The notes: generated by a model from the sequence alone, not told the origin. A stretch of 64,000 nt of DNA from Octopus sinensis (GCF_006345805.1 NC_043010.1:55366001-55430000), one strand, 5' to 3'. Positions 50,038 to 62,861 are shown, counted from the first letter of the stretch. Numbers and translations: made by a program.

Positions 50038-50499
50038 GTATATGTATATGTGTATGTGTCTGTATATCTGCGTGTGTAATTCTTACAGTGTTAGAGGTAT
50101 ATGTATGCGTTGACGGTATAAGTGCGTGTCTGCAGGAGTGTCTCCATACACAAGCAGTCACACAAATAAAGATGCAGTCGTATACACAACAAATGTTCAT
50201 CATATGAATGTGAACTACGGGCAATACAAGTTATTCGTGGTTACTCGTTGGCTGCTTTCGCTGAAACACTGGAACGTCTCTCTCGTAAGTGAGATATATA
50301 TATATATATATATATATACAATATACATATATATGTAATTATGTGTACATGTATAAGAATACAAAAATGCGACAGGTGACAACAAAACTGTCAGGGAGTT
50401 GGATAATACAAAAAGGTACATGATAAAAAAGAGGACGGGTCATTTGGAGGTTTCTTTCGTCAGTCGAGATCCAGATCTCAGCAGTTTCATCTGGTTAAA

Positions 50500-50540
50500 A
50501 TTCGATGTGTATACATACATACATATACACACACATATTT

Positions 50541-50588
<48 letters not shown>

Positions 50589-50814
50589 TATGAATGTATG
50601 TATATACATATATATATGTATACAAGTATTCAATTATGTAACTATGTATGTATGTGTGCGTGTGGTTGTATATACCCTTGTCTGTACACATTTATCTCCA
50701 TATATGTTCTTGTGTGTCTTTGTGTCTGTGGAGGGTTTATAACATACATACATACATGAACATACATTTACGCATATTGATATATATATATATAATATAT
50801 ATATATATATACAT

Positions 50815-50871
<57 letters not shown>

Positions 50872-50890
50872 TATATATTTACACACACAA
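50500..50890. repeat. (TA)n/(CA)n compound microsatellites
   Basis: Read directly from the sequence. Confidence 0.9.
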
Positions 50891-51224
50891 ACCTAAGTAT
50901 ATATATATTCATACACACTGACACACACATACCACACGTATATATTATACGCCTATACATATAAGCAGTCTGGACCATGTAAATCTTAATTCACATTATA
51001 ACATTTTAGAATGCGTGATTTTTTAAAATTAAATCCATCTCTAAGCTTAGCTGCGTTCGTTAATGACTGGCTGAGAGATTTTTCGTTTCTCTTCGTCATT
51101 TCTTTTCCTTAATTTTCTTCGTGTTTTTCCTTTGGTAACTTCAGTGCAGTCATTTCCTTTCCATGCCAGTTTTTCTCTTAGCTAATACAAGAATCAATTA
51201 CTTGGTGGTATTACCTGATGTTGC

Positions 51225-51246
51225 TGATGATGATGACGATGATAAC

Positions 51247-51289
<43 letters not shown>

Positions 51290-51312
51290 TTATAATGATG
51301 ATGATGATGATA
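51225..51312. repeat. (GAT)n/(AAT)n microsatellite
   Basis: Read directly from the sequence. Confidence 0.95.
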
Positions 51313-51544
51313 ATGCAAGAAAAAAACGATTTTCTTCTGTAAATTTTTTTCTTTTCATTCGAGTCTCACATCAAATCTATGGTTAAGTAATTTTCTTTCC
51401 TTCTGCGCTTTTATAAATCTGCCGTACCCATACACATATCTACATACACACATACATGCTTACGCACACCAAGACACGCTCACACGAACACACATATACA
51501 TAAAACACCACACACACATCACGCACCCATATATATACAAATAA

Positions 51545-51607
51545 ATAAATATATATACATATATATATATGTATGTATTTGTATGTGTATGTATATATGT
51601 ATGTATG

Positions 51608-51656
<49 letters not shown>

Positions 51657-51725
51657 GTATGTATATATGTATGTATGTATGTATGTATATATGTATGTAT
51701 ATATATATAAGTATGTATATATATG

Positions 51726-51769
<44 letters not shown>

Positions 51770-51835
51770 TATGCATGTATGTATATATATATATATATTA
51801 TATATATATATATGTATATGTATTTATGTATCTAT
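51545..51835. repeat. (TA)n/(ATGT)n compound microsatellite
   Basis: Read directly from the sequence. Confidence 0.95.
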
Positions 51836-52678
51836 GTAGTATTTAGATTTTGTTTCCATTGTGATATAAAACCCTTGTGATATAAAAGTGCTGGAAGAAG
51901 AAAAGTGCGTTAACCGGCTGTCATGTATTACTTATAATAAACATTTATTCAAGAACAACACTGTAAATTACTTTGTAGATTTAAAGACGCTGGCGTGACC
52001 ACCCGCTTGTGCTGCTACCCTTTAGATGAATCACGGCTACTTGTAAAATTGAGACTATTACAACTTTTCCTTAACAAAGGAGCTATATATATATCCTTCT
52101 ATAATGTACTAAATATTTAATATTTGCGTCACTAAAGGATTTCAAAGTAACTCATGGTAACTGGAAGAGTAATGCTATGGATGACCAAACAACAGCAGGA
52201 GAAGAATCCAAGAAGGTGCTGTCACGTTTAATGATAATAAGCAGAAACATGCTCTGGTTAAAAAAGAAGCAAGTGTTGCATGTGGTCAATTATCTTTCTC
52301 TTCTAACTTGTCTCCTTGAAGCTGGTCGAGTTAGTTATAAGTGCAGGCAATTCTTCAGTAACACTACTGAATTTTCTCAGTTACAATCTGATGACTTATC
52401 TTGCTTTGTTAGCAATGAGATATGCAGACGTATATCGGGTTGAGAAGGCACAGAGAGTATCACAATACAGTGACATCAAGGATTTTTATGGCTTATCTTT
52501 GAAAAAAAACTATAAATCTCTTGTTGGACTAAAGATTCATTCCCTGTCACGTAACACACCGGGAATGAAATAATTTTCTAACTGTAAATATTCTGCTCCT
52601 TGTTACTTGCGAGATTGCGTGGTGTTTGCTTTTAAGTGTTGAGTAGAGCCACATTCGATTACCAAATAGACAGCCATC

Positions 52679-52744
<66 letters not shown>

Positions 52745-52871
52745 GTTCTATCTGAAGAATTATTAACCCAATATTTACACACAGCCATTTAAAACTTTAT
52801 CTTTTTCGACATACCCACTTCTAAAAAAAACTTAACCTTCTCGAATTTTCCAAACTCTTAAAATATCTACA

Positions 52872-52902
<31 letters not shown>

Positions 52903-54205
52903 ATTAGGACACCAAACATAGAATAGTATATAACGTGCGTTCTTATATTCGTAAAATTCTCGTCAAAAAGTTTAGGTTTTAATAAGTTTTAAAGGCCTGT
53001 TAATTTACGGTTGCCACTTTTGCCTAATCATCCAAGACAAATTTTGTAAAATGATTTATCTGTATGACAGTATTTTCGAAAAATGTGAAACGTATCAACT
53101 GTTTGCTTTGTTGATAACTTTTGTTAATATACGCGGAACATGCATATATTAATACTCTATACAATGGTTGGATATATTATTATACGGTATACTAAAGTTC
53201 ATAATTTTCAAAACGATTTTGTGATTAACGAAAAACCTTTTCTTCAGTATCCATATGTATTTGCAAAGAGATGTGGCATTCTTTTCAATTTGGAGGAGCA
53301 AATAGTCACTTAAATTGCACCTCTTGAATTTTCCTTTACGCTATCAATATGTAATGTTTTTATATCTATAAGTCTATTACTCGAGTTTATAAGATAGTGC
53401 TTATAGATTGATGATAGATCCTAAACTAATCAACAAATTTTAATGTGACTAAAATTTTCAGAGGGTGCACGTGTGAAATATGCTTTTTTATTATTTTGTG
53501 TATGGCACATATTAAGTGCTAGTATTGTAAAACAGTCCATTAAATTTATCCCAAACTCTTTTAGAATGTACGGCTTTGTGCCAATTTAAAAGAAATCAAT
53601 AATTTCTCGTTAATATTTTAACTTACAATCATTAAGTATGTTTCCAACAATAATTTAACAATTATATATTTTTATGTGTGCATATGGTCTTTCTGAGATA
53701 TTTATCGTTTAAACAATCGTATACGTCTAGGCCAACCTGCTTAATACCTTTAACTTTTAAATTTATGTTAGCACCAATATACGTCAGAAGTTGTCTCAAG
53801 TGTTTAGAGAAATATTTAAAATACATTTCGACATTGAATTACACGGTTTTATTTTCCTCATCACAAGTTAAATAGATTTTTATGTCTCATTAGTGCTCAA
53901 ATTAGTTTAACTAGTATTTATCTGTAGTCTTGTTAATGTCAGAACCGGTCATCAAACAGCTTTCAGTATTTAGCCAGATATTTACATTCCGATTTAAAAC
54001 GCTTCCAGTCTTGGTTTCGTTCATCGTTCTTCATCTTTCAAGCAAAATACAGACAAGCAATGCACGCTTGTTTCTTTCAATTAATTTACATGATCTCATG
54101 TTAATTTTAAACATTAGTCTCTAATTAATGTATCTACTCAATTCCACTCATTTGATTGCTTAGAATCAAAAGCAAATATTCGTGAGTGGTAATACATACA
54201 TAGAA

Positions 54206-54243
<38 letters not shown>

Positions 54244-54244
54244 T

Positions 54245-54296
<52 letters not shown>

Positions 54297-54334
54297 GACA
54301 GATAGATAGATAAATAGATAGTTAGATATTCTTT

Positions 54335-54620
54335 TTCTCGCCCTTTTCAAGCCTAGCCAGGCACATGGGCCCGGTTTCCCGGTTTCTATGGCGTATGTGT
54401 CCCCACTAGATGGACGGGACACCAGTCCATCGCAGCGTTACTCAAGAAACAGGAGGAAAGAGTGAGAGAAAGTTGTAGTACAACAGGTGTCGCCACCAAC
54501 CCCTGTCGGGGTCTCGTGAAGCTTCAGGTGTTTTCGCTCAATAAACACACACAACAACCAGTCCGGAGTTGAAACCACGATCCCCTGACTGCAAGTCCGC
54601 TTCCCTAACCACTGAGCCAT
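54335..54620 (-). mobile_element. SINE family C head with Meta/V-like 3' part
   Basis: Reverse complement of the 17254-17550 type. Confidence 0.85.
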
Positions 54621-54984
54621 ATATATACATATATATACGTACACACACGTAGATATACATATACATACACACACGCGCGCACACGAGTAGACACACGCAC
54701 TCTCCCACACGCACATAATGCAGACGCATACACACACACACGCAAACACACACACCTTCATGCACATATAGATATATATATAAATATACATCACGTAAAA
54801 AATAAACTCCACACCCTCCGGAATTGTCAAAAAAATGCTTCAACTTTCGTCCATTTGAAAAAAATAATTTTAAAAAACTGATGCCTACACACGTACTTGT
54901 ATATCATGAGCAAAATGAATAGTCACAATAACATAAAGTAGATTAAATGTCAGATGTTTTGATACGAGATTTCTCGACCTCCTG

Positions 54985-55044
<60 letters not shown>

Positions 55045-55086
55045 TATATTATATTATATATATATACATATATATACATATATATA

Positions 55087-55850
55087 TACGAGATACGCTA
55101 AAAAGTTATACAACTTCGTTTTTCTCGTCAAAGCTTACGCCGCATTGACAAAATCATTTGGCTGGAAACAAGTATAAATAATTTTGTAACGGTTGACCGC
55201 GTCAGTTACCGGTTACTATGCCTACAGTATGGATGTGCTGCTAAGCGCGTTGATTGAATTTTCATTTTCAGCCTATGGATCGAGCAGAGGTAATGCCTTA
55301 CGTTTTACCAAATGCTTGCTGACATTCAGGTGTCAAGCATTTACATGATCCAACAGGCGTCTCGCGATGCTTACATAGGCATATCTCAAATCTAGTAGTG
55401 GTACAATCGTTTCAAATATCACCGTACTCAAGGGAGATTGAGGTAACTTCAAGCAGGCCATTTACAAGCCGAAACGAGGGCTGATTAAGACCTTGGATCG
55501 AATGTTCATTGAAGTTTATCGTGTAAATATCCAAGTAAACACAGGATTAGTGTATACCGTTTTAACGGAGGGTTTTTACTGTGGGATAATGTTGGAGAAA
55601 TTTATCCGCATGGTCCTGGCGGATTAGCAGAAACAATTCTGCTAATTGGTGTGCAAACCACGACTCAGATCTCAGGAGTACCGTCATCTCTGGCGATGAG
55701 ACAGGCCTTTATGGTTTCTGCTCGATGCGTTTGTTCATATTGCTTAAAAACAATACGAGAAGCGAGTACTACACGTCCCTACTCTAGATGTAAGAGCCCG
55801 GAACTGACGCTGCCTAGAGGTACGTAAGTTTTCAGGGATACCCAATAAAG
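55087..55850 (+). mobile_element. Decayed mariner element: left TIR plus 5' half of transposase pseudogene
   Basis: TA+CGAG..AAAAAGTT TIR-like start and ATG at 55275. Piecewise reading FYQML.DIQV..I.MIQQA......ISQI**WYNRFK (HTH), SRPFTSRNE, KFI.M...*QKQ, TVISGDETGLYG (first catalytic D). Many stops and frameshifts. Confidence 0.85.
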
Positions 55851-55879
55851 ATGGCGTTATCTCCCACTCAATGCATTTG

Positions 55880-56146
55880 CACGTTCGGGAAAGGTTCTTT
55901 ATGGAAGGCCAAGGGTCACCCATGCATACCAGGCTCCCTTCTCCACGCCAGCGATGCCATCCAAGGGAAAGGGCAAAGGCTGATACAGCTTTGCAGCAGA
56001 GACGTCGCAGCTCATTACTAAAAGTGAGTGAACTGGAGCAAAGTCAAATGAAGTGTCTTGCTCAAGAAAATAACACACAGCCCAGTCCGGGAATCGAACT
56101 TACTACCACATGACTCTGAGCTCGACGCTCTAAGCCATGATATATG
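55880..56146 (-). mobile_element. CORE-type SINE family D
   Basis: AAGTGTCTTGCTCAAGAA..GGGAATCGAACT..CGACGCTCTAAGCCA, with the tail shared with 60027-60360. Confidence 0.85.
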
Positions 56147-56635
56147 CGGTTTCACATGCACACATATATATATATCATCGTCATCAACATCATTAAAATA
56201 TAGCATGCCGATGTTTTGAATGGAAAATCTCAATTCAGGTGCAATGAAGTTAATGAAATTTTATGAGGGCAATTACTAACGTAATAGAATACACTGAGTA
56301 TATAGAAGAAAATCAATAAAATAACTGTAATTATAGCAATAATTATTATCCGCGTTAGTTTTGACAGGTTTTTTTACATGGAGAAGACGAATAATGTCAG
56401 AATTGACTTAAATGTAATTTTGCTCAAAATTCGTAGGAATACGATATTACTAGTAATCTGAATTTCTGACTTAATTTGATTTAAAATGTTTAAACTTGGA
56501 CTACAGTTTGTAGTATCAAATGTTTTTTTCCGATCTGATAGGAGCGGAATCTTTTGTCGGTGTCTCTGATTGGCTGAAATGTTTCTACGAATAATTGCAG
56601 CCAATGTGAACTGTGTTTTTTTTTTATTCAGCAAA

Positions 56636-56969
56636 TGGTTATAACACTAGAAATATTAATATTTCTAAGTCTCCCTAAAGGAGACTACGGCAGCGGTACT
56701 GGATATTAATAGTTATCGCCAGGCTAATAGGGCAGTCCAGATATATAGGACGAATGCTGCTGTTGATTAGCTAGGTCCAAGAGGCCATCGCCTCTAGCTA
56801 ACTATGTGACACACGAACCTGTGTCCATTCACATCTGTTCGAAGGTTATAATGGACACAGGTTCGTGTGTCACATAGCTAGCTAGAGGCGGTGGCCTCTT
56901 GGAGCTAATCAACGGCAGCATTCGTCCTATATTTCTGGACTGCCATATTAGCTTGGTGGTTATAACACT
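56636..56969. mobile_element. Fold-back (hairpin) insertion flanked by a 13-bp direct repeat
   Basis: Arms 56712-56829 and 56850-56966, 20-nt loop. TGGTTATAACACT at 56636-56648 and 56957-56969. Confidence 0.75.
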
Positions 56970-57055
56970 GTTATGATTTGAAAGAAATATTTCCTCATTT
57001 TACCACAGTTGACAAATGTGATGCACTTACTCTGACTTTTCCTGAAGTATTGTCC

Positions 57056-57156
<101 letters not shown>

Positions 57157-57170
57157 TATAATATATATAT

Positions 57171-57290
57171 GGCCTGCTCGCTTAGCCAGCGGGGTGGCGT
57201 CATTCGAAGGATAAATCAATACGAACGCATTGTGGACCAGCGATGTGTAACTACATCTGATGGACTGGTCAGTCACGTGATCACGTGATA
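57171..57290 (+). mobile_element. Isolated 3' tail of SINE family C (or of its partner LINE) inside (TA)n
   Basis: GGCCTGCTCGCTTAGCCAGCGGGG..GTCACGTGATCACGTGA. Confidence 0.85.
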
Positions 57291-57735
57291 TATATATATA
57301 TATATATATATTATACACACACATATACGTATATATATATACGTATATATATATATATACGTATATATATATATACGTATATATATATATATTTATATAT
57401 ATGTGTGTGTGTGTGTATGTACACACACGCACGTATATATCTACATACACAACACAGACAGACAGGCGGAGTTAAATTGTGTCTAGGTTACGTAAGTCAA
57501 CATCATCTATCCGCAGTAGTTCTAAGTCTCTCCGTCTAACATGAAGATTACGATATGACATCCAACATTCTGGATGTAACATACATCCGGTACAACGCAA
57601 AGATGGATATTCTAGAAAAAGAAGTCGAGAAAAAAAAATCGATGGAAAATATACGAATATAAAGAAATAGTTGGAACTTAGGTGGGAAAACGGAAATGGA
57701 GAATGTAGAATCATTCCATTATATTTTAGTAGCGA

Positions 57736-57973
57736 GCTGGTAGAGGGCGGCGAGCTGGTAGAAACGTTAGCACGCCGGGCGAAATTCGTAGTCGTATTTC
57801 GTCTGTCGTTACGTTCCGAGTTCAAATTCCGCCGAGGTCGACTTTGCCTTTCATCCTTTCGGGTCGATAATTAAGTACCAGTTACGCACTGGGGTCGATG
57901 TATCGACTTAATCCCTTTGTCTGTCCTTGTTTGTCCCCTCTGTGTTTAGCCCCTTGTGGGCAGTAAAGAAATA
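57736..57973 (+). mobile_element. Young family B SINE with 16-bp TSD and a short 5' duplication
   Basis: TSD TATATTTTAGTAGCGA at 57720-57735 and 57974-57989. An extra GCTGGTAGAG precedes the normal head. Confidence 0.93.
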
Positions 57974-58299
57974 TATATTTTAGTAGCGATACATCATTAA
58001 TACGTAGTGTATTTCAATACGAATAAATGTCATGAAAATATTGGGAGTTTTAAGAATACCTGAAAACATCTTAGATATTTTTTTATGAACTTTCAAGATT
58101 CTCGATGAAATATTGAAATTTCAAATTCGAATGCAGGTAACCCCTTCGTCATGCATATAAAGGATAATGTTTTTCTGTCGTTTAGGAAGATAACAGCTAA
58201 CTCCACCTCTGGTGATTCTGAGATTTGTTCTGCACTTATTGGCTATTGAAGCAAATCTTTATACTGTAATTTATATATTATTAACATTCATCAATAAAT

Positions 58300-58388
58300 A
58301 CACACGCATGCTTGTATATGCATGTCTACATGCGCATATGTACATGTATGTGTGTTCATATACATGCACGCATGTAAAAATGTATATT

Positions 58389-58427
<39 letters not shown>

Positions 58428-58692
58428 ATGGGTGTGTATGTCTGTATACATATATATATATTTATATATATATATATATGTATGTATGTGTATATATATA
58501 TATATATATATGATGTGTGTTGTGTGTGTGTGTGTGTGTGTATGTGTGTGTATGTCTGTATACATATATATATATATTTGTATATATATATATGTTATGT
58601 ATGTGTATATATATATATATGTTATGTGTGTATATATATATATATATATGTATGTAGTGTATATATATATATATGTTGTTGGTGTGTGTGTG

Positions 58693-58732
<40 letters not shown>

Positions 58733-58786
58733 AGTGTGTATATATATATATATATATATGTATAAAATGTGTGTGTGTGTGTATAT
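58300..58786. repeat. (TA)n/(TG)n compound microsatellite
   Basis: Read directly from the sequence. Confidence 0.95.
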
Positions 58787-59102
58787 ATAGGGAGAATTCG
58801 CAAAGAAACAAAAAACGAAGACAAGTGGTGTAGACAACAAACAGATGTATTAGTATAATGCTCTGGCAGTGAGAATGTCTTTAACGTTTCGAGCCTATGC
58901 TCTTCCACAGAAACAAACAAGGAGAGAAAATTAAGAATGTGTAGTGGGCAGCGATCTATCATGGCGAATGCCGGACAGGAGGGTCATACAGGAGAGCTAG
59001 GGAGAAGGGGACATAACAAAGTTGTGGTGATCCCAAAACGAAGGTGCGAGTGCGTGTGTATAAGAAAGTGTGTATGTGCGTGTGGAAGAGGCCTGGTGAT
59101 CT

Positions 59103-59105
<3 letters not shown>
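58787..59105 (-). mobile_element. Short Penelope-like terminal-repeat fragment between (TA)n tracts
   Basis: Carries the hammerhead-like motif at 58880-58913; same layout as 26783-26990. Confidence 0.6.
58880..58913 (-). ncRNA. Degenerate minimal type I hammerhead motif
   Basis: Minus strand UUU-CUGUGGAA-GAGC-auag-GCUC-GAAAC-GUU-AAA. The core has U in place of the conserved A of CUGA; stem III is the zero-loop palindrome ACGU. Confidence 0.55.
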
Positions 59106-59154
<49 letters not shown>

Positions 59155-60026
59155 GATATATCTACTCTGCTCTATCAATCGCTCTCTTCCTACCATATAC
59201 ATGGTGCGTTGAATAAAATGTCGCGTATATTTTGCAAAAATGGTAACATCCGAATTTTCACAAATTTCTCTTTTAAAAAAGATGTTAAAATTACTAAAAA
59301 AAGAAATTTGTGGAATTTCGGATGTTTGACCTATTTGCTTCATTGAATGAATGATATCATACACCTGAGGAATATCGGAAATAGACCCTGATGTGCGGAA
59401 TTTAAAACGATAGCTTGTAAAATTGTTGTCAAATAGTGATTTCGTAGAAGAGAAAAAGTAAAAAAGACAAAATAATAATTTGATGAATGCGACGGAAATT
59501 CTTAAATGAAATTCCTTTTAACATATCGAAAACGGCAGAAGAAAATATAATTTCAGAGATGAAGGTGACGTGTAGAACCAATGAAATAGCTAGGAAAATT
59601 AGCAAAGAGTTGTGATATCTGTCAAGTAAAAAGGTTCGATGTTATGATAAATGTAATTCTATAGCTTGAAGCTTACAAAAGATAATATGAGAAAAAGGAT
59701 TTTGACAAGAGCGTTATTAAATATACCAGATTAATATGCTGTTAAATCGACCTTAGGAGTGTTGAAAACTTATCAAATAGCGTGATGCCATTCTTTATCC
59801 ACTGAATAGATCTTAGGTATCACGAGGAAAGACTTGATAGATTTGACAAATTTGCTATATACACTGCATTACAAATGTAGTGATTACGTCTACGGATTAT
59901 ATATCGGAATAACGGACAATTACTTTTTGTCCGTTATCAATTATTTGATATCAAATGAGCTGTGTACACATCAGGTTAACTTCGTATTGCCAGACCACAG
60001 AAACGAGGACCAAACGGTAGATAAGG

Positions 60027-60360
60027 TTTGTATGGTGATATAACCTTACTGTAAAAAGGTAAAGCTCCCTTCGGTCATGAATGACCATACGATTGCACCT
60101 AGAAGGTAAAACTCCGAGATAAATAACCGGGGACAGTTGTTTATGGAAGACCAGCAGTCGTCCATGCATACAAACCTCCCCTCTCCACGCCAACAATGTT
60201 ATCCGAGGGATAGGCAAAGGGGTCAATACAGCTTGGCCCTAGTGACGTCGCAACTCGTTGCTACAGCTGAGTGAACTGGGCAAACGTGAAATAAAGTTTC
60301 TTGCTCAAGAACACAACACACATCCCGGTCCAGGAATGGAACTCACTACCTCATGTTTGT
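60027..60360 (-). mobile_element. CORE-type SINE family D, near full length
   Basis: TTTATGGAAGACCAGCAGTCGTCCATGCATAC..TTTCTTGCTCAAGAACACAAC..GGAATGGAACTCACTACCTCATG. Confidence 0.85.
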
Positions 60361-60379
60361 GATCCTGGCGATTTTCTTT

Positions 60380-60747
60380 CAGGAGTGGCTGTGTGGGTAG
60401 TAAATAGCTTGCTTACGAACCACATGGTTCCGGGTTCAGTCGCACTGCGTAGCACCTTGGTCAAGTGTCTTCTACTATAGCATCGGGCCGATCAAAGCCT
60501 CGTGAGTGGATTTGGTAGACAGAAACAGAAAGAAACCCGTCGTATATATGTATGTGTGTGTTTGTGTGTTTGTGTTTGTCCCTCCCAACATCGCATGACA
60601 ACCGATGCCGGTTAGGTAAAAGATACGGATCTAATAAGTACTAGGTTTACGAAGAATAAGTTCTGGGGTCGATTTGCTCGACTACAGGCGGTCCTCCAGT
60701 ATGGCCACAGTCAAATGACCGAAACAAGTAAGAGAGTAAAGAGTAAG
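60380..60747 (+). mobile_element. CORE-type SINE family A
   Basis: CAGGAGTGGCTGTGTGG..ACCTTGGTCAAGTGTCTTCT..GAAACAAGTAAGAGAGTAAAGAG. Confidence 0.9.
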
Positions 60748-60798
60748 TATTCAACTGCGACAACCAGCTTTGGTGAATGCTGATATGTAAAAGTTTAC

Positions 60799-60848
60799 CT
60801 GATAGTGTTGTAGAACATGAAAGTCGTTGCGAAAATACAAAAAATGGA
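60799..60848 (-). other. Candidate 50-nt exon
   Basis: Acceptor CTAATTTTCATAG|, donor CAG|GTAAAC. All three frames are open (SIFCIFATTFMFYNTI, HFLYFRNDFHVLQHYQ, PFFVFSQRLSCSTTLS). Confidence 0.2.
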
Positions 60849-61287
60849 CTATGAAAATTAGTCTATCCTGGAATTTGATTCACTAATATAGTTGTGTATT
60901 TGTTTGTATGGATGTGTAAACATATTCCCATGTGCGTAGAGAGTGTCTAAGAATATATATATATATATATATGTACATTTTAGGCAATGTCTTTTTCATG
61001 GTGAGCATGCGACGTCTTACACCCACGTGGACACACTTGGAACTACGCGTATCTTTGTTCACATGAAAATGCCTAAATGAGTGTGTGTGTGTGGTTGTTT
61101 CAGTATGGGCTGACATTTCATATTTGTATGTGTACGTTAATGTGTGTGTGAATGTGTGAACGCGTGTGTGTGTGTGTTCGTGTGTGTGTGAATGAACGGC
61201 TGTTTATCCGTTTCTTGACGGGTCTAAGTGTTTGTTTACGAGTCAGGCTATATACGATAAAACCCTGAGTCAGTCATATGTTTGGAA

Positions 61288-61312
61288 ACTACTACTACTA
61301 CTACTACATTCG

Positions 61313-61350
<38 letters not shown>

Positions 61351-61352
61351 GC
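61288..61352. repeat. (CTA)n microsatellite
   Basis: Read directly from the sequence. Confidence 0.95.
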
Positions 61353-61769
61353 ATTCGCTAATGCCACTGGTAGTTGTAGTAGTTATTTTTGTTCAGTTAA
61401 TTTTGTTTTAGTAGTAATAACTACAGACAATCAACAGGAATTATTTTCGTCCCACCAAGTTGAGTCTGCGGTTCAGCCGTCATAGATTTCGATTAAATAG
61501 GGGACAGTTAAAAGCACCAATCCATTTGAGAAACTACTCCCTAGTTACAAAATAATTTCTGTTGTCCCTAATCCTTGCAGAAAATGCTTTGCGCCTAATT
61601 TTTGTGTTTTTTTTTTTTTTCATCCTTTCGGACCTTTACGCTTCGACTTCAAACTAGCAGTCAATACAGCATTGGATTGTGTTTAATCTCAAAATTCCCG
61701 GAATTATGTTTGGTGGCACCATGAGCGCATTTAATTTTTCTAGTTGTTGACATAAATTACATCGACAGT

Positions 61770-62220
61770 GCGGTCAGCTGGTAGGCCGTCAGCACGCCGG
61801 GTAAAATATCTAACGGCGTTCCATCCGTCGTTACGTTCTGTATTCAAATTCCGCCAAAGTCGACTTTGCCCTTCATGCTAAAGGACTCGATAAAACAAAT
61901 GCTAGTTGAACACTGAGGTCCGTGTAATAGAATTGACCACTGACTCTTAAAACTTCAGGCCCTGTGCCAAAAGTTAAAAACCAATATGAATTACATTTTT
62001 TTAAGGCGGCTAGCCGGTAGAATCGTAAGCACGCCGGTCAAAATGCTTAACAGCATTTCGTCCGTCCTTATGTTCTGCGTTCAAATTCTGCCATGGTCGA
62101 CTTTGACTTTTATCCTTTCGAGATTGATAAAATACGAACCAAATTCACACTGACTCGATGTAATCGACTTAACTCCTCCGCCGAAATTGCTGGCCATGTG
62201 CTAAAATTTAAAACCAATAT
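61770..62220 (+). mobile_element. Two diverged family B SINEs
   Basis: AGCACGCCGG..TTACGTTCTG..CAAATTCCGCC..GTCGACTTTG occurs twice (about 61790 and 62030). Confidence 0.8.
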
Positions 62221-62799
62221 AAATTACTTTTGTCTTTTTGAATCAAACGAAGACTACCCTACTACCGAGTCTTTTCAATCTTTAATCGCCAAAACGCCTC
62301 CTTGATAAATAAAATTAAAAAATCGTTGTTTATATGAGAAATCACAGCTGGTGTTCATATTTTCAAAGAAAATGGCGGATAGGATTCTTAAAGAAAACAA
62401 CTAAAATCTTGGCGCATTTCGGTACACTGCCATAATTTCTAAATTCACTTATAGGCCATGCTTTCAACTTTTTTAGTAGATCGATAAAATAAATATAAAT
62501 CAACGACTAAAATCGATTTAATTGACTACATTCCTCCCTCCGATAAAGTATTTTCTCCTACGCTTCTATTAGAAATCGATATTAGGTTTAGGCCTAAACG
62601 TGGCTATTTCAAATACGTTACGTTCGTTTGTTGATCAGCTTGTTTGTCATCACTGCATCCGTCGTTTAATATTTTTTTTTTTGCCTTCCTTTGTTTAGCA
62701 TCTGAATTTCTTCTGTCCGCTGGATTGGATCGTCTTCATCAGCAACTGTGAATATGTTTCGACATCAATATTCAGCCGTCTCACAACGGTCATTGTCAT

Positions 62800-62829
62800 C
62801 TTCATCCATCATCATAATCATCATCATCA

Positions 62830-62861
<32 letters not shown>

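Noticed and set aside
52177-52573. Overlapping 88-aa and 85-aa ORFs in non-repetitive sequence
   Set aside because: No recognisable motif or splice framework; cannot be distinguished from decayed TE or chance.
56565-56610. Two CCAAT boxes (CTGATTGGCT, AGCCAAT), also seen near 34066 and 29017
   Set aside because: No TSS, CpG enrichment or exon nearby; short motifs are expected by chance or within repeats.
59360-60026. Possible decayed reverse-transcriptase region
   Set aside because: No RT or endonuclease motif could be read in any frame.
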